Below are positions 51,968-62,097 of a stretch of 64,000 nt of DNA, piece after piece. Made by a program: the position numbers and the translations under genes. The DNA lies in the NCBI GenBank assembly GCA_041690135.1, contig JAWLHY010000002.1, positions 720,342 to 784,341 of the forward strand, written 5' to 3'. Origin of the DNA: Armatimonadota bacterium (GTDB lineage: Bacteria; Armatimonadota; SYMT01). The notes below the pieces were generated by a model. The model ran no database searches. It was not told the DNA's origin and worked only from the letters and a program-made list of their open reading frames with translations. Position 1 is the first letter of the stretch, and the number at the start of each line of letters is the position of its first letter.

Positions 51968-53338
51968 TCAGATGGATCCGAATATCAGCGGAAAGAGGAC
52001 CACCACGATCGCCGCCCACACGGCGTAGACCGGCAGGTAGTCCGTCTGCCACCGCTCGAGGGCCGCGAACGATCCGCGCCCCCGCAGAAAGCGGAGGTAG
52101 AGCACGGCGGACCACGCCAGGTTGACCAGGAGGATCACGTTCTCCCCCAGGGCGGCCACGCGGTTCGGGGTGAAGCCGAACCCGGTGATGCGCGCGGCAA
52201 TGGCCCACAGCGCCACCGCGTCCGCCAGCAGCGCGCAGACCACGAGTACCACCTGCACCACGTCGAAGGCGCCGGGCGGCGACTGGGGATCTCGGGCGGA
52301 GAGGGAGTAGAGCAGCAGTCCCAGGACCAGGACCAGGAGCAGGTCGAACGCGATGAGCACGTTCCGCTCGATGTCGACGCCGCGCCCGGTCCACAGCAGG
52401 GTCCCCAGGAACGCCACCAGCACCGCGGCGAAGAGGGGGGTGAACAGGCGCGTCAACACGGGCGCCATGTTTTCGATCACGCTCTGCTTGGCCTCTACCA
52501 GCCAGGAAGCGATCAGCACGGCCCCGGCCGCCCCACAAGGCAGCAGCCACGACTCGAAGAACGGCTCGACGTCGATCCCGATGGCCTGGTAGATCAACGC
52601 CATGAACGCGGTGAGAACGCCGCCGCCGAGCGCGATCAATACATAGTAGATGAAGAGCTCGCCCGAGAACCGGATGAAGTCCATGCGGCCGCTCACCTGG
52701 TCCCACCGGTCACCCGCGTATGCAACCCCTACTACCAGCCAGAGTGCGATCGGCAGGTGCAGCGCCGTAAGCATCTCGGTGTAGCCGCCCGGGGCGAAGG
52801 GATAGATATTGGCGAACACCGCCGCAACGAAAAGCGCCGCAGCCAGCCAGCGGATCATCCGGGCATCGAGCCGCCGTTTCCAGACGAAGTATCCGGCCAG
52901 GAGGGGCAGCACGAAGAGGCTCAGATTGCGGGCGTAGAAAGCGGCGTCCTCGTCCAGTTGCAGCCCGAAGAGCGCCGGCAGCTTGATGGCCATGGCCGCC
53001 GCCACGGCCAGCCCGAAGGCGACGAAGGCCTCCATCCGAACGTGCGCCTGGGGCTCCCCGGAATCCGCGGGGGCCATCACGAGCTGTCTCCAGAGGCGCT
53101 CCGAGTGCTCCCGCGCAAACTCGCGGGAGAGGGCATCGAGGTTGCCCATGCGCTTCACCGCCACCAGGAACGCCTCATCCGTGGCGAGCCCCGCGTCGGT
53201 CAGAACCGCTATCTGCTCGCGCAGATGGTCCTCCAACTCCGCCACGTCGGCGGACTGGATTGCCTGCCGACGGCGGACAAAGCTCCGCCAGCGGTCGATC
53301 TGTTCCTCGAGCGAAACCGCGTTACCTGAGGCCCACAT
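51968..53338 (-). CDS. Permease prefix domain 1-containing membrane protein
   Basis: ELEDHL...EAFLVAVKRMG N-terminal domain followed by many TMs; lies downstream of PadR. Confidence 0.88.
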   Translation of the reverse strand: MWASGNAVSLEEQIDRWRSFVRRRQAIQSADVAELEDHLREQIAVLTDAGLATDEAFLVAVKRMGNLDALSREFAREHSERLWRQLVMAPADSGEPQAHVRMEAFVAFGLAVAAAMAIKLPALFGLQLDEDAAFYARNLSLFVLPLLAGYFVWKRRLDARMIRWLAAALFVAAVFANIYPFAPGGYTEMLTALHLPIALWLVVGVAYAGDRWDQVSGRMDFIRFSGELFIYYVLIALGGGVLTAFMALIYQAIGIDVEPFFESWLLPCGAAGAVLIASWLVEAKQSVIENMAPVLTRLFTPLFAAVLVAFLGTLLWTGRGVDIERNVLIAFDLLLVLVLGLLLYSLSARDPQSPPGAFDVVQVVLVVCALLADAVALWAIAARITGFGFTPNRVAALGENVILLVNLAWSAVLYLRFLRGRGSFAALERWQTDYLPVYAVWAAIVVVLFPLIFGSI

Positions 53339-53341
53339 CGC

Positions 53342-53728
53342 TCACGCTCCTTCCGGCAGGGGCGCGGGCGCAGTCGGGTGGACGGCCGGGACGGATTGGG
53401 AGAGCGTCTGCCAGAGGCCGCGGAGCGTGGCGTCTACCGCCTGCCACTGCCGGCGTTCCTCCTCGAGCTGCGCCCGGCCCTGGGGCGTGATCCCGTAGTA
53501 CTTGCGGCGCCGACCGCTCTCCGCCACCTCCCACCGCGCCCGGACATGGCCCAGCCGTTCGAGCCGGTGCAGCACGGGGTAGAGCATCCCGTCCGTCCAC
53601 TCCATGCGCCCACCGGACAATTCTTGAACTCGCTTCAGGATGGCATAGCCGTAGCTGTCCCCCTCGGCCAGGATCGCCAGGACGATCGGGGTCGAGGAAG
53701 CGGCTATCAGGTCCTTGTTGATCTCCAT
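53342..53728 (-). CDS. PadR family transcriptional regulator
   Basis: SYGYAI, GMLYPVLHRLE, RRRKYYGITPQG. Confidence 0.95.
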   Translation of the reverse strand: MEINKDLIAASSTPIVLAILAEGDSYGYAILKRVQELSGGRMEWTDGMLYPVLHRLERLGHVRARWEVAESGRRRKYYGITPQGRAQLEEERRQWQAVDATLRGLWQTLSQSVPAVHPTAPAPLPEGA

Positions 53729-53787
53729 GGTTTCACCCGCCTGGTAGCACTTACGCACGCATTCCTCTATACCTGATACCTGGCAGT

Positions 53788-53817
53788 ATTATACATAGAG
53801 GTCCAAGGTATTGCCAA
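53788..53817 (-). promoter_or_regulatory. Sigma70-type promoter of the padR operon with a candidate autoregulatory operator
   Basis: TTGGCA-N18-TATAAT on the minus strand; the spacer contains the imperfect palindrome ATACCTTGGACCTCTATGTAT. Confidence 0.65.
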
Positions 53818-54228
53818 TCCGGGTGTCCGTGGGGAATCTCCGTTAGCTGCGGCCGGATCTCCACCGCGGTTCACGGGCGCGTGTTTTCCAAGCTTCGGCA
53901 TCCGAGCTCGGAGGGTGCGCAGCGAAATGCGGCCGGGTGGGTAGATGTACAAGGCGTCGATCTCCCACTGGATTGATAAAAGGTTTCCAGGCGCATCTTT
54001 ATGTGTATAAAGTATATTTATATGGCGAGGCAGGGTTATTGCTTTTCAGTTAAGCAAACTGCCCCAGCTTTGGTACCTGTGACGGGTTGTAGTGTGCGAA
54101 ACTGGCCACAGCATAGGTCGCCAATTGCGGTGTGATTTGTCATAAGAACCGAGAGACCTGGAAACGCACCCGGAGTGAACCCAGCGGAGCAGGACGAAAC
54201 TATACTTCCTGCCTGGAGAAGTACCAGC

Positions 54229-56130
54229 ATGCCAGATGGGGAAGGAAGAGGGTGGCGGGAAGTTATGGAATCGGCCTTCCTGGACGCGATTGTGGCGTCC
54301 TCAGATGACGCCATCGTCAGCAAAGACCTGAACGGCATCGTGACCAGTTGGAACGCCGCCGCGGAGCGGATCTTCGGTTACAGCGCGGAGGAGATGATCG
54401 GGCAGCCGATCCTGAAGCTGATTCCATCGGACCGCCAGAGTGAGGAACCGGCAATCCTGGAACGCATCCGCCGCGGGGAGCGGGTCGATCACTTCGAAAC
54501 GATACGACGGCGCAAGGACGGCCGCGAAATCAACGTGTCGGTCACCATCTCTCCGATCCGCGGCGCCGACGGCCGGATTGTAGGTGCGTCGAAGATCGTG
54601 CGAGACCTTACCGGACAGCAGGAGGCACTTGTGCAGGGCGCATTACTCGCGGCCATCGTGCAGTCCTCGGACGACGCTATCGTCAGTAAGGACCTGAACG
54701 GCATCGTGACGAGCTGGAATGCCGCCGCGGAGCGGATCTTCGGTTACACCGCCGCCGAAATGATCGGGCAGCCGATCCTGAAATTAATTCCACCGGACCG
54801 CCAGAGTGAGGAGCCGGAGATCCTGGCGCGGATCCGCCGCGGGGAGCGGGTCGACCACTTCGAAACGATACGACGGCGCAAGGATGGCCGCAAAATCAAC
54901 GTGTCGGTTACCATCTCTCCGATCCGCGGCGCCGACGGCCGGATCGTGGGCGCCTCCAAGGTCGCACGCGATATTACCGAGCAGAAGCGGATGGAAAAGG
55001 AACTCCGCCGGTATGCAGAAGAACTGGCGGCCCAGCACCGGCAGAAGGACCGGTTCATGGCGATGCTGGCCCACGAACTGCGCAACCCGCTGACCCCGAT
55101 GCGCACCGCCCTGGAGATCTTACGCCATCGCGGCGGGGATGCGACCCAGGTCGAACGGGTGCGGGAAGTGCTCGACCGGCAGGTGAGAAACCTGACGCGA
55201 CTGGTGGAAGACCTCCTGGACATCTCCCGTCTGACACAGGGGAAGGTGCATCCCCGGCTGGAGCGGGTCGATTTGGCCCGGCTCATCCGGTTCAATTGCC
55301 GGGGGCACGAAGCTCATGCGGAAGCTTCCGGGCTGGCCCTCCACTGTATGGTTCCCGAGCTACCCCTCTGGGTGATGGCCGACCCGACTCGTCTCGACCA
55401 GGTCCTCGACAACCTGCTGGAGAACGCCATCAAGTTCACGGCCAGCGGGGGAAGAATCACGGTGGCGGCGGGAACGGAAGGTGACAGTGTCTTGATGACC
55501 GTCCGCGACACGGGGATTGGGATCGATCCGCAGTTGCTCCCCCGGCTGTTCGACGCCTTTACGCAGGATGAGCAATCGCTCGCGCGCAGCCGGGGTGGGT
55601 TGGGCCTCGGGCTTTCGATCGTTCGCGGACTGATCGAGCTTCACGGCGGCAGTGTTTCCGCGCACAGCGACGGCCGCGACCAAGGGGCGGAGTTCCGCGT
55701 GCGTCTGCCCCGCCTGGAAGAGCCTTCCGCACTAACGCAGGAGACGCCGGAGGCGAAACCGGCTGCGGGCAGCCATCGGGTGCTGGTAGTCGAGGACAAC
55801 CAGGATGCGGCGGACAGCCTGGCCGACCTGCTGCGGATCTTCGGTTATGAAGTGCGGGTGGCATATTCCGGCCCGGCCGGGCTAGAAGCGGCGCAGTTGT
55901 TCCACCCGGAGATCGTCTTGTGCGACATCGGTCTACCCGGTCTCGATGGCTACGAGGTCGCCCGCCGGCTGCGGAGTGACGCCGGCACCACTGCGGTGCG
56001 TCTCATCGCCGTGACCGGGTACGGCGATGAGAACGATCGCGAGCGCGCCCGCCAAGCCGGCTTCGATGAGCATCTCGTAAAGCCCGTGGACCCGGACCGC
56101 CTCCTGGGGGAGCTTTCGTCCAACCGGTAG
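54229..56130 (+). CDS. Cytoplasmic PAS-PAS-HisKA-HATPase-REC hybrid kinase
   Basis: Two near-identical PAS domains; LAHELRNPL, NLLENAIKFT, GGLGLGL, CDIGLPGLDG. Start uncertain (54175/54229/54265). Confidence 0.95.
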   Translation: MPDGEGRGWREVMESAFLDAIVASSDDAIVSKDLNGIVTSWNAAAERIFGYSAEEMIGQPILKLIPSDRQSEEPAILERIRRGERVDHFETIRRRKDGREINVSVTISPIRGADGRIVGASKIVRDLTGQQEALVQGALLAAIVQSSDDAIVSKDLNGIVTSWNAAAERIFGYTAAEMIGQPILKLIPPDRQSEEPEILARIRRGERVDHFETIRRRKDGRKINVSVTISPIRGADGRIVGASKVARDITEQKRMEKELRRYAEELAAQHRQKDRFMAMLAHELRNPLTPMRTALEILRHRGGDATQVERVREVLDRQVRNLTRLVEDLLDISRLTQGKVHPRLERVDLARLIRFNCRGHEAHAEASGLALHCMVPELPLWVMADPTRLDQVLDNLLENAIKFTASGGRITVAAGTEGDSVLMTVRDTGIGIDPQLLPRLFDAFTQDEQSLARSRGGLGLGLSIVRGLIELHGGSVSAHSDGRDQGAEFRVRLPRLEEPSALTQETPEAKPAAGSHRVLVVEDNQDAADSLADLLRIFGYEVRVAYSGPAGLEAAQLFHPEIVLCDIGLPGLDGYEVARRLRSDAGTTAVRLIAVTGYGDENDRERARQAGFDEHLVKPVDPDRLLGELSSNR

Positions 56131-56159
56131 CGTCGGCGGGTTTCATGCCCCCTCTCGTG

Positions 56160-56546
56160 TCAGATAACTCGTCGGTCAGGCTCTACCTCCAGGCACTCGC
56201 GCACGAAGGCGGAAAGGGCTTCAGCATCTCGGCAACCACACCTCCCCCCGACCAGTTCGCCATCCACGAAGCACGCGAGGAACGGAATGTTCAGCACTTC
56301 GCATCTTCGGCAGAACTCCGCGTTCACGGGAAGATCGATATTGCACGAACAGAAGTAGACACGATCCTGAAACTCCGATAGGACTGCCAGGAGAGTTCGG
56401 TCCATCACAGGATCGTAGCCATTCCACTCGGCCCAGAAGTGCACGACGACCACGGCATGTGTTTGCAGCACCCTCGGCAGGGAGCTACCCGTTACCTCGG
56501 GTGTCGAAGGGCGCCAGCCTTGGATGGGGCGAGGAATCTCGTTCAT
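56160..56546 (-). CDS. Thioredoxin-fold protein lacking CxxC
   Basis: VVVHFWAEWNGYD, NIPFLACFVDG. Confidence 0.75.
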   Translation of the reverse strand: MNEIPRPIQGWRPSTPEVTGSSLPRVLQTHAVVVVHFWAEWNGYDPVMDRTLLAVLSEFQDRVYFCSCNIDLPVNAEFCRRCEVLNIPFLACFVDGELVGGRCGCRDAEALSAFVRECLEVEPDRRVI

Positions 56547-56626
56547 CGTGCCTGATAGGACCTTCGCGATCATATCCGCGAGCCATGTTCGACTTCATTG
56601 GCCGCCCACTTGAACGGCTCCGTGGC

Positions 56627-57472
56627 TCAACCGGGAAGACCTTCGCGCAAGATCTCGTTTGGGGTGGAGGTCCAGGCCACGCTCTCACCGTCCGACCAGT
56701 AAGCGTAGAAGGCCGGCTCGGTGTCATCCGGCGAGCGGTAGGCGAGAAGCACCTCGCCGCCCTGCTCGTCGTCATAACCGAAGTCGAACGTCAGGGCTGG
56801 ATCGTAGGGCTGGGGGAGCCCCGCACCGAATTCCTCGACGTAAGCCTCGCCCAGCGGCTCCACTTCTTCCAGCCGGAAGAGGAAGAGACGCTGGCTGCGA
56901 ATCATTCCGCCGTTCTGCTGTTGATACGCCTGGCGCACGATGCCCGGAAGGGCGACGCCATGACGGCTTTCCCATTCCGCAATCTGCGCCTCCGTGAGGG
57001 CCGGTCCAAAGTTCTTCGTGCCGGGGTCCTCATTCGGCTGGCCCCACATCCAGTCCGCGGGAAGGGCCGGTGCGCCGGCGTTCTGCTGGGGCGCAGTCCG
57101 GTCCCCCTTCAGGCCGGCGATGAATTGCGAAAAGAGCCTCCCCTTGTTGTCCATCGCTTCCTCCGCTTGTAACACGATCAAGAGCTGGAAGAGGGCGCCC
57201 ATGGCGGCGTCCTCATTCTCCGCACCGCCGACCGCCTCCACGAGCGACCCGTGCGCAATCAGTAGCTCCAGATGTGACCGCACTTGCGCGCGTTCGGGGG
57301 GCGAAACCGCCTGGGGTTCCTCGTCCAGAAACGCGAGCGCCATGCGCAGGCGCTCCTCCATCGGCCGCCCTGCGTCTCTCGCGGCGGCGATCCGGGCCAT
57401 AAGCGCACTCACTTTTTCATTCTGCACGGTCGGGCTTCCTGTCCATCCTCCGTGGAATATTCGCCGGATCAA
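56627..57472 (-). CDS. SMI1/KNR4 (SUKH) domain protein
   Basis: PALTEAQIAEWESRHGVALPGIVRQAYQQQNGG; start uncertain. Confidence 0.8.
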   Translation of the reverse strand: MIRRIFHGGWTGSPTVQNEKVSALMARIAAARDAGRPMEERLRMALAFLDEEPQAVSPPERAQVRSHLELLIAHGSLVEAVGGAENEDAAMGALFQLLIVLQAEEAMDNKGRLFSQFIAGLKGDRTAPQQNAGAPALPADWMWGQPNEDPGTKNFGPALTEAQIAEWESRHGVALPGIVRQAYQQQNGGMIRSQRLFLFRLEEVEPLGEAYVEEFGAGLPQPYDPALTFDFGYDDEQGGEVLLAYRSPDDTEPAFYAYWSDGESVAWTSTPNEILREGLPG

Positions 57473-57586
57473 CAGCGATCCTGAGGGCGGGATTCCTGCC
57501 GTGTCCGCCAGCCTACCCGGCAGGGCTGAGGTATCTGGAACTGCGAGTGCCCGTGAACACTTTGTGGAGCAGCTCTTCCCCGCGCA

Positions 57587-58363
57587 TTACCTGCACAAAA
57601 AGCGCATGACGCTTTCAGCATACAGGGCGGGGGCCGTCGTCATGCCCTCGTGCGCCTGGCCGGGCAGCTCTTCAATGCAGGCATGCGGTAGGACGGACGC
57701 CAGCGCATCGGTGACGTAGAGATCGCGGGGACTTTCCGTGCCGACTTGCAGGAGCACGGGTACTGTGAGCTGCCGGAACCGCTCGGGAAGGAACTTGTAG
57801 CGGTGAAGCACCTGCAAGTCCCCGAGCGTTGCCGGCGCATCGGCGAGAATGGGCGGCCAGTGCACCGAGTTCCGCAGTTCGTCCAGTTCTTCGGTTGGAA
57901 CCAGAAGCGTATCGCGGAAGAACCTGTAGGCAAACTCGTCCCAATCTCCCGCGCGAGCGAGCGTCTCCAGTCGCGACAGGGGCTCCCTACCGATGAGTTG
58001 GGGCCACGGAGCTTCGTAAAGCACCAGTTTGCCTACCGCTTCCGGGACCTGCGCCGCGGCGGCCAGCGCGATCTGTGCTCCGTAGGAGTGGCCCAGAAGA
58101 AAGACCGTCTCGCCGATGGAGTTGATCAGCGCCACCGCATCCCGGCTTTCATCCACGAGGCTGTGACCGCGGGCCATACTGGTTTCACCTCGTCCCCGGC
58201 GGGCGAGGGCGTAAACAGTGAACCGGCTCTCGAAGTGCGGCTTCACGAACTCCCAGTTGGAGAGGTGATCGCTAAAGCCACCGTGCACCAGCACGAGCGG
58301 CGGACCACTGCCGTACTTTTCGTATGAGACGGTGATGTTCTCGGAAGTGATGATCTGCTGCAT
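57587..58363 (-). CDS. Alpha/beta fold hydrolase
   Basis: GSGPPLVLVHG, GHSYG, LPGQAH. Confidence 0.92.
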   Translation of the reverse strand: MQQIITSENITVSYEKYGSGPPLVLVHGGFSDHLSNWEFVKPHFESRFTVYALARRGRGETSMARGHSLVDESRDAVALINSIGETVFLLGHSYGAQIALAAAAQVPEAVGKLVLYEAPWPQLIGREPLSRLETLARAGDWDEFAYRFFRDTLLVPTEELDELRNSVHWPPILADAPATLGDLQVLHRYKFLPERFRQLTVPVLLQVGTESPRDLYVTDALASVLPHACIEELPGQAHEGMTTAPALYAESVMRFLCR

Positions 58364-58778
58364 GGTTTGGTTTCCGGGTGGGCTCATGCCCCTGGGAATA
58401 ACTATCGCCTGCGCCGGCGGAATTCAAGCCGCATCGGCCGATCCCGTGTCGTTCTTTACACACTGCTTCGCTTGCAGATGCAAGAACTCCGCACGGTCTC
58501 GATAGCTGGTAGAGGCCGGGAGGCGGTAGTTCCGGCCGCCGGCTTCCTCACAGCAGCCGGAAAACCCGTCGGCCAGGGTCCTGTAGGCAAACTTGTCCGA
58601 ATGGGTCGGATGGCTGTCCTTCGGGCCACTCGCCAGCGGCATATGCTTGCGCTGGTGATTCGCACTGCCGGGGCCCAATCCCCGCTGCGTTGAGTCGGCC
58701 GCCCGGACCTCCCGCCTCCCAGAGATGGGGCAGGCGTGCCAGGGTCCGCTTGTCGTTGCCACACTAAGGAGAATGCCC

Positions 58779-59522
58779 ATGTCGATGCCATCGAAACCCA
58801 CGGACCTTTCCGCCGCAAGTGCGGATCCCTGCTCCCAATCCGGAGGCAGCGCCGGCGTGCTGCGAGCCGCCCCGGAGAGTTGGCCGATCCCCCGGGAAGT
58901 CGCCGGGGTGCGTCTTCCGGACAGCCGCCTGGCCCAGGAAGCGACAGAGTTCACCCGCGAAGCGTCCTCACCCGTGGTGTTCAATCACGCCATGCGCACG
59001 TACCTGTTCGGCGAGTTGTTGGGACGGCGGCAGGGACTGCATTTCGACCCGGAGCTCTTCTACCTGGGAGCCGTGTTCCACGACCTGGGGCAGACGGAAC
59101 GGTTCATGGGGGAGCAGCGGTTCGAAGTGGACGGCGCCGATGCGGCCGCCGCGTTTCTGGTCGAGCGCGGGATTCCGGTGGAAACGGTGGAAGTGGTCTG
59201 GGACGCGGTTGCGCTCCACACTTCACTGGGGATCGTGCACCGGAAACGACCGGAGATCGCGTTGGTGTCCGCGGGCGCCGGGCTCGACGTTGCCGGGCGA
59301 GGCTTCGACCTGCTGGACCGCAGCGCGATCGAGGCCGTGGTTGCGGCCTTTCCCCGTCCGACCTTCAAGGCGACCTATCAGCAGGTGCTCGCCGAAATCG
59401 TCACCCGCAAGCCGGAGACCGCCTGTTGGAACTTCCTGGCTGGCATCGGAAGACGGCACGTGCCTGGGTTCGAAGAGCCCAACATCTGCGATTGGATCGA
59501 AGACGCCCCGTTCGCGGAATAG
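58779..59522 (+). CDS. HD domain metal-dependent hydrolase
   Basis: NHAMRTY, FHDLG, RFEVDGADAA, VWDAVALHT; AAGGAG RBS. Confidence 0.9.
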   Translation: MSMPSKPTDLSAASADPCSQSGGSAGVLRAAPESWPIPREVAGVRLPDSRLAQEATEFTREASSPVVFNHAMRTYLFGELLGRRQGLHFDPELFYLGAVFHDLGQTERFMGEQRFEVDGADAAAAFLVERGIPVETVEVVWDAVALHTSLGIVHRKRPEIALVSAGAGLDVAGRGFDLLDRSAIEAVVAAFPRPTFKATYQQVLAEIVTRKPETACWNFLAGIGRRHVPGFEEPNICDWIEDAPFAE

Positions 59523-59574
59523 AAGCACGAGGCACGGAAATCCACGGGGCTTGCTTGGGCCAATCCGACGGCGA

Positions 59575-59934
59575 TCAGTCCGGCACTAACGGAATAGGGG
59601 CGTGGAATGGGAGACAGAGGAACACGCCGAGGCACCCCACCAGCACTCCCAGCGCGAGCGGAACCAGTACCCGCTTCCGGCCCAACAGTGCGCTCCATTG
59701 CCGGCGGGTACCCGCCGCCATCAGGGCGCCCCACACACCGCCGCAGAGAGCCCCGTAGAGCGCGAGGATCCCCATCCCGGCCGCCGTCGGATGTGCGGGC
59801 ACGCCGTTGAGCAGCCAGTCGACGGTGAGGGCCAGGAGGGTAAGCGAGGCGGTCCCGCCCAGCGCCCCTCCGGCGCCGCCCCAAACGGTGGGAGAATCCC
59901 CCGGCGAAGCGAGTTCGGTCTGTTGCATCCGCAT
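59575..59934 (-). CDS. Small hypothetical membrane protein
   Basis: MRMQQTEL..., three hydrophobic segments; downstream of the CPBP gene. Confidence 0.55.
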   Translation of the reverse strand: MRMQQTELASPGDSPTVWGGAGGALGGTASLTLLALTVDWLLNGVPAHPTAAGMGILALYGALCGGVWGALMAAGTRRQWSALLGRKRVLVPLALGVLVGCLGVFLCLPFHAPIPLVPD

Positions 59935-59968
59935 GCCACCTGCTTCCCCAGTGGAAGCTGAACTTCCT

Positions 59969-60811
59969 TCAGCCCGGGTAGGGCAGAGCCCAGCCCGGCT
60001 CCGGTCGGTAGCGGCGAAGGTAAGCCCACAGCAGGGGAGCGCCCAGGCAGAAGCCGAGGACGCCGGTCCACCACTCCGCCTGAAACTGGGCGAGCGTGGG
60101 GGTAGAGGCGCCGTCCCCCAGGAACACTCCGCCCGCCGCGACCAGCACCACCAGCCCATTATGCGCGGCGTGGCACAGGATGGGTGTCCAGAGGCTGCGG
60201 GTCCGCACATAGAGCATGGCCATAACGAGTGCAAACACCAGTCCACCCAGGACTTCCACGTGAACGACCGCAAACGCTGCCGAGCTGAGCAGGACCCCGC
60301 GCCGGACTCCCCACCGGTGCGCCCAGCGGTGCAGCAGGAGACCGCGGAAGAGAAACTCTTCCACCACCGGCGCGAGCACCACCGCCTCCACGACCGTCAG
60401 GGCGTTGCGCACGGGCGCATTCGGAACGATCAACGCCATTTGGTCGTTCAACACCCAATCGGATACAAACTGGGGAGCAAAGAAGGAGAGTGGTAGATAG
60501 GTAAGCCACAGTCCCGCCAGGGAGAGCGCGAAGAGCGGTATCGCGATACCCAGCAGGCGCCACTCTGACAGCGCAGGGCGCCCGCCGAACAACTGACCCA
60601 GGACTCATCCCGCGCGCCGCGAGAATAGCAGCAGCATCCCGCCGGTCAACAGGTAGGTCAGGCTTCCGGCGAAGGCTTCGAACGCTGACGAGTTTGCGTT
60701 CTCGACCGGCGCGATGAGCTCCGCCACTGTAAAAAAGGTGGCCAGCGTCCCGAAGCAAGCGGCCAATAGCCAACGCGCTCGCAGCCGCGAAAAAGCTGAT
60801 AGATCTGCCAT
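59969..60811 (-). pseudogene. CPBP (Abi/CAAX) intramembrane metalloprotease interrupted by an in-frame TGA
   Basis: ATG 60811 MADLSAF...RRAG*VLGQLFGG continues in frame to EEFLFRG, FAVVH, HAAHN; TGA at 60605-60607. Confidence 0.75.
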
Positions 60812-60962
60812 CTTTTCTGTTCCCCCTGCGTGTGGCACACCGGGAATCCGCCGAATCTGGCCGGTCCTCCCGCGCGCGCCCACCGTTATTGGCTTTATTT
60901 ACTCGATTGTCTTTCCTACCGCTAGACCCCCTGGCAGCCACGCAGAAAGGACCGCTGAACCG

Positions 60963-61523
60963 ATGACGATCCGCCGCCTCACGGCCGACGAAGCCCGAAG
61001 TAGCATGAGCGCCCTCGCCAACGTTCTGATCGACTGCGTGGAAGGCGGAGCTTCCGTCAGCTTCATGGCGCCGCTCTCGCGCGCGAAGGCAGAAAGCTTC
61101 TGGCAAGGGGTGGCGGAAGGCGTGGCGGCCGGGGACCGGATCCTGCTCGTGGCGGAGGAAGCCGGCGGTGGAGAGATCGTCGGCACGGCGCAGGTGCTGC
61201 TCGGGCTGCCGGAAAACCAGCCGCACCGGGCCGAAATTGCGAAGGTGCTGGTCCGCCGCTCCGCCCGCCGCAGGGGTATCGCTGCCCGCCTGATGCACGC
61301 CGCCGAGGCCGCGGCCCGCGAGGCCGGCCGGACGCTGCTGGTGCTCGACACCGTCACCGGAGGGGATGCGGAGCGCCTCTATGAGCGATTGGGTTGGCAG
61401 CGGGTGGGGGTAGTTCCGGACTTCGCCCTGATGCCGGATGGGCGCCCCTGCAACACGACGATCTTTTACAAGTCCCTCGCTACCGCCGCCAACTGCTCCA
61501 GTTCCCGCACAAAGACCGGCTGA
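60963..61523 (+). CDS. GNAT acetyltransferase (TTR-like)
   Basis: DCVEGGASVSF, PENQPHRAEIAK, LLVLDT, AERLYERLGW. Confidence 0.92.
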   Translation: MTIRRLTADEARSSMSALANVLIDCVEGGASVSFMAPLSRAKAESFWQGVAEGVAAGDRILLVAEEAGGGEIVGTAQVLLGLPENQPHRAEIAKVLVRRSARRRGIAARLMHAAEAAAREAGRTLLVLDTVTGGDAERLYERLGWQRVGVVPDFALMPDGRPCNTTIFYKSLATAANCSSSRTKTG

Positions 61524-61912
61524 AGCAGCCGCGTCATGAACCACCGCTCCAGGGCTCCCGGCAGCCCAGCCCGACCGGGGAGCGCCGTGGAGATAGTCAC
61601 CTCCGCCTGCTGCCCCTCATCCCGCGGCTCAACCGTGAAGGTGGTGACGTACCCGTTGTCGTTCGTCTCCACCAGCACCCGCCCCGGATCCGGCTCTGAA
61701 ACTTCCGAACGGAACGACTGCAACTGCCCCAGCACCCGCATGTGAGCCCGAATGACGGTACCGGCCCCATTACCACCCCGCTCTACCTCCAGGGAGACGA
61801 AGGGCGGTCGGGGCAGGATGCGGGCGTGGCCATCGTGGTAGTCGGCCAGGATGGCGTAGAGCACCTGGGGCGGCGCCGGAATGAGAGCGGTAGCGGAAAT
61901 CTGATGCGGCAC
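61466..61912 (-). CDS. SRPBCC family protein (polyketide cyclase-like)
   Basis: LADYHDGHARILP, GGNGAGT, EPDPGRVLVE, TTFTVEP; convergent overlap with the GNAT gene. Confidence 0.85.
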   Translation of the reverse strand: MPHQISATALIPAPPQVLYAILADYHDGHARILPRPPFVSLEVERGGNGAGTVIRAHMRVLGQLQSFRSEVSEPDPGRVLVETNDNGYVTTFTVEPRDEGQQAEVTISTALPGRAGLPGALERWFMTRLLQPVFVRELEQLAAVARDL

Positions 61913-62097
61913 GAGAAATGACTCCGCGGGACCGGGCAGAGAGAGGGTGGTTGACCCCGCGGAATAAAGCTGGCCGGCTCGTCCGGCACCGGCACTCCCC
62001 AGGGTCCCTGATAGTCTAGCCCCCGAAATCGCCAAACGTGCTTCGGAGCGGCAACCGCATCAGGACCTCGTGAGGCCATCGTGGGCGGAAGCGCGGA

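Noticed and set aside
51798-52706. N-terminal extension of the 865-aa ORF 50109..52706
   Set aside because: Alternative-frame overlap with the permease-prefix gene; the real signal peptide starts at ATG 51797.
58390-58770. ORFs in the hydrolase/HD divergent gap
   Set aside because: No recognisable motifs or clear start signals.
46006-60811. Genome-wide stop-codon reassignment suggested by two in-frame stops
   Set aside because: The two stops differ (TAG, TGA) and both codons terminate well-conserved genes in this window; point decay or error is simpler.
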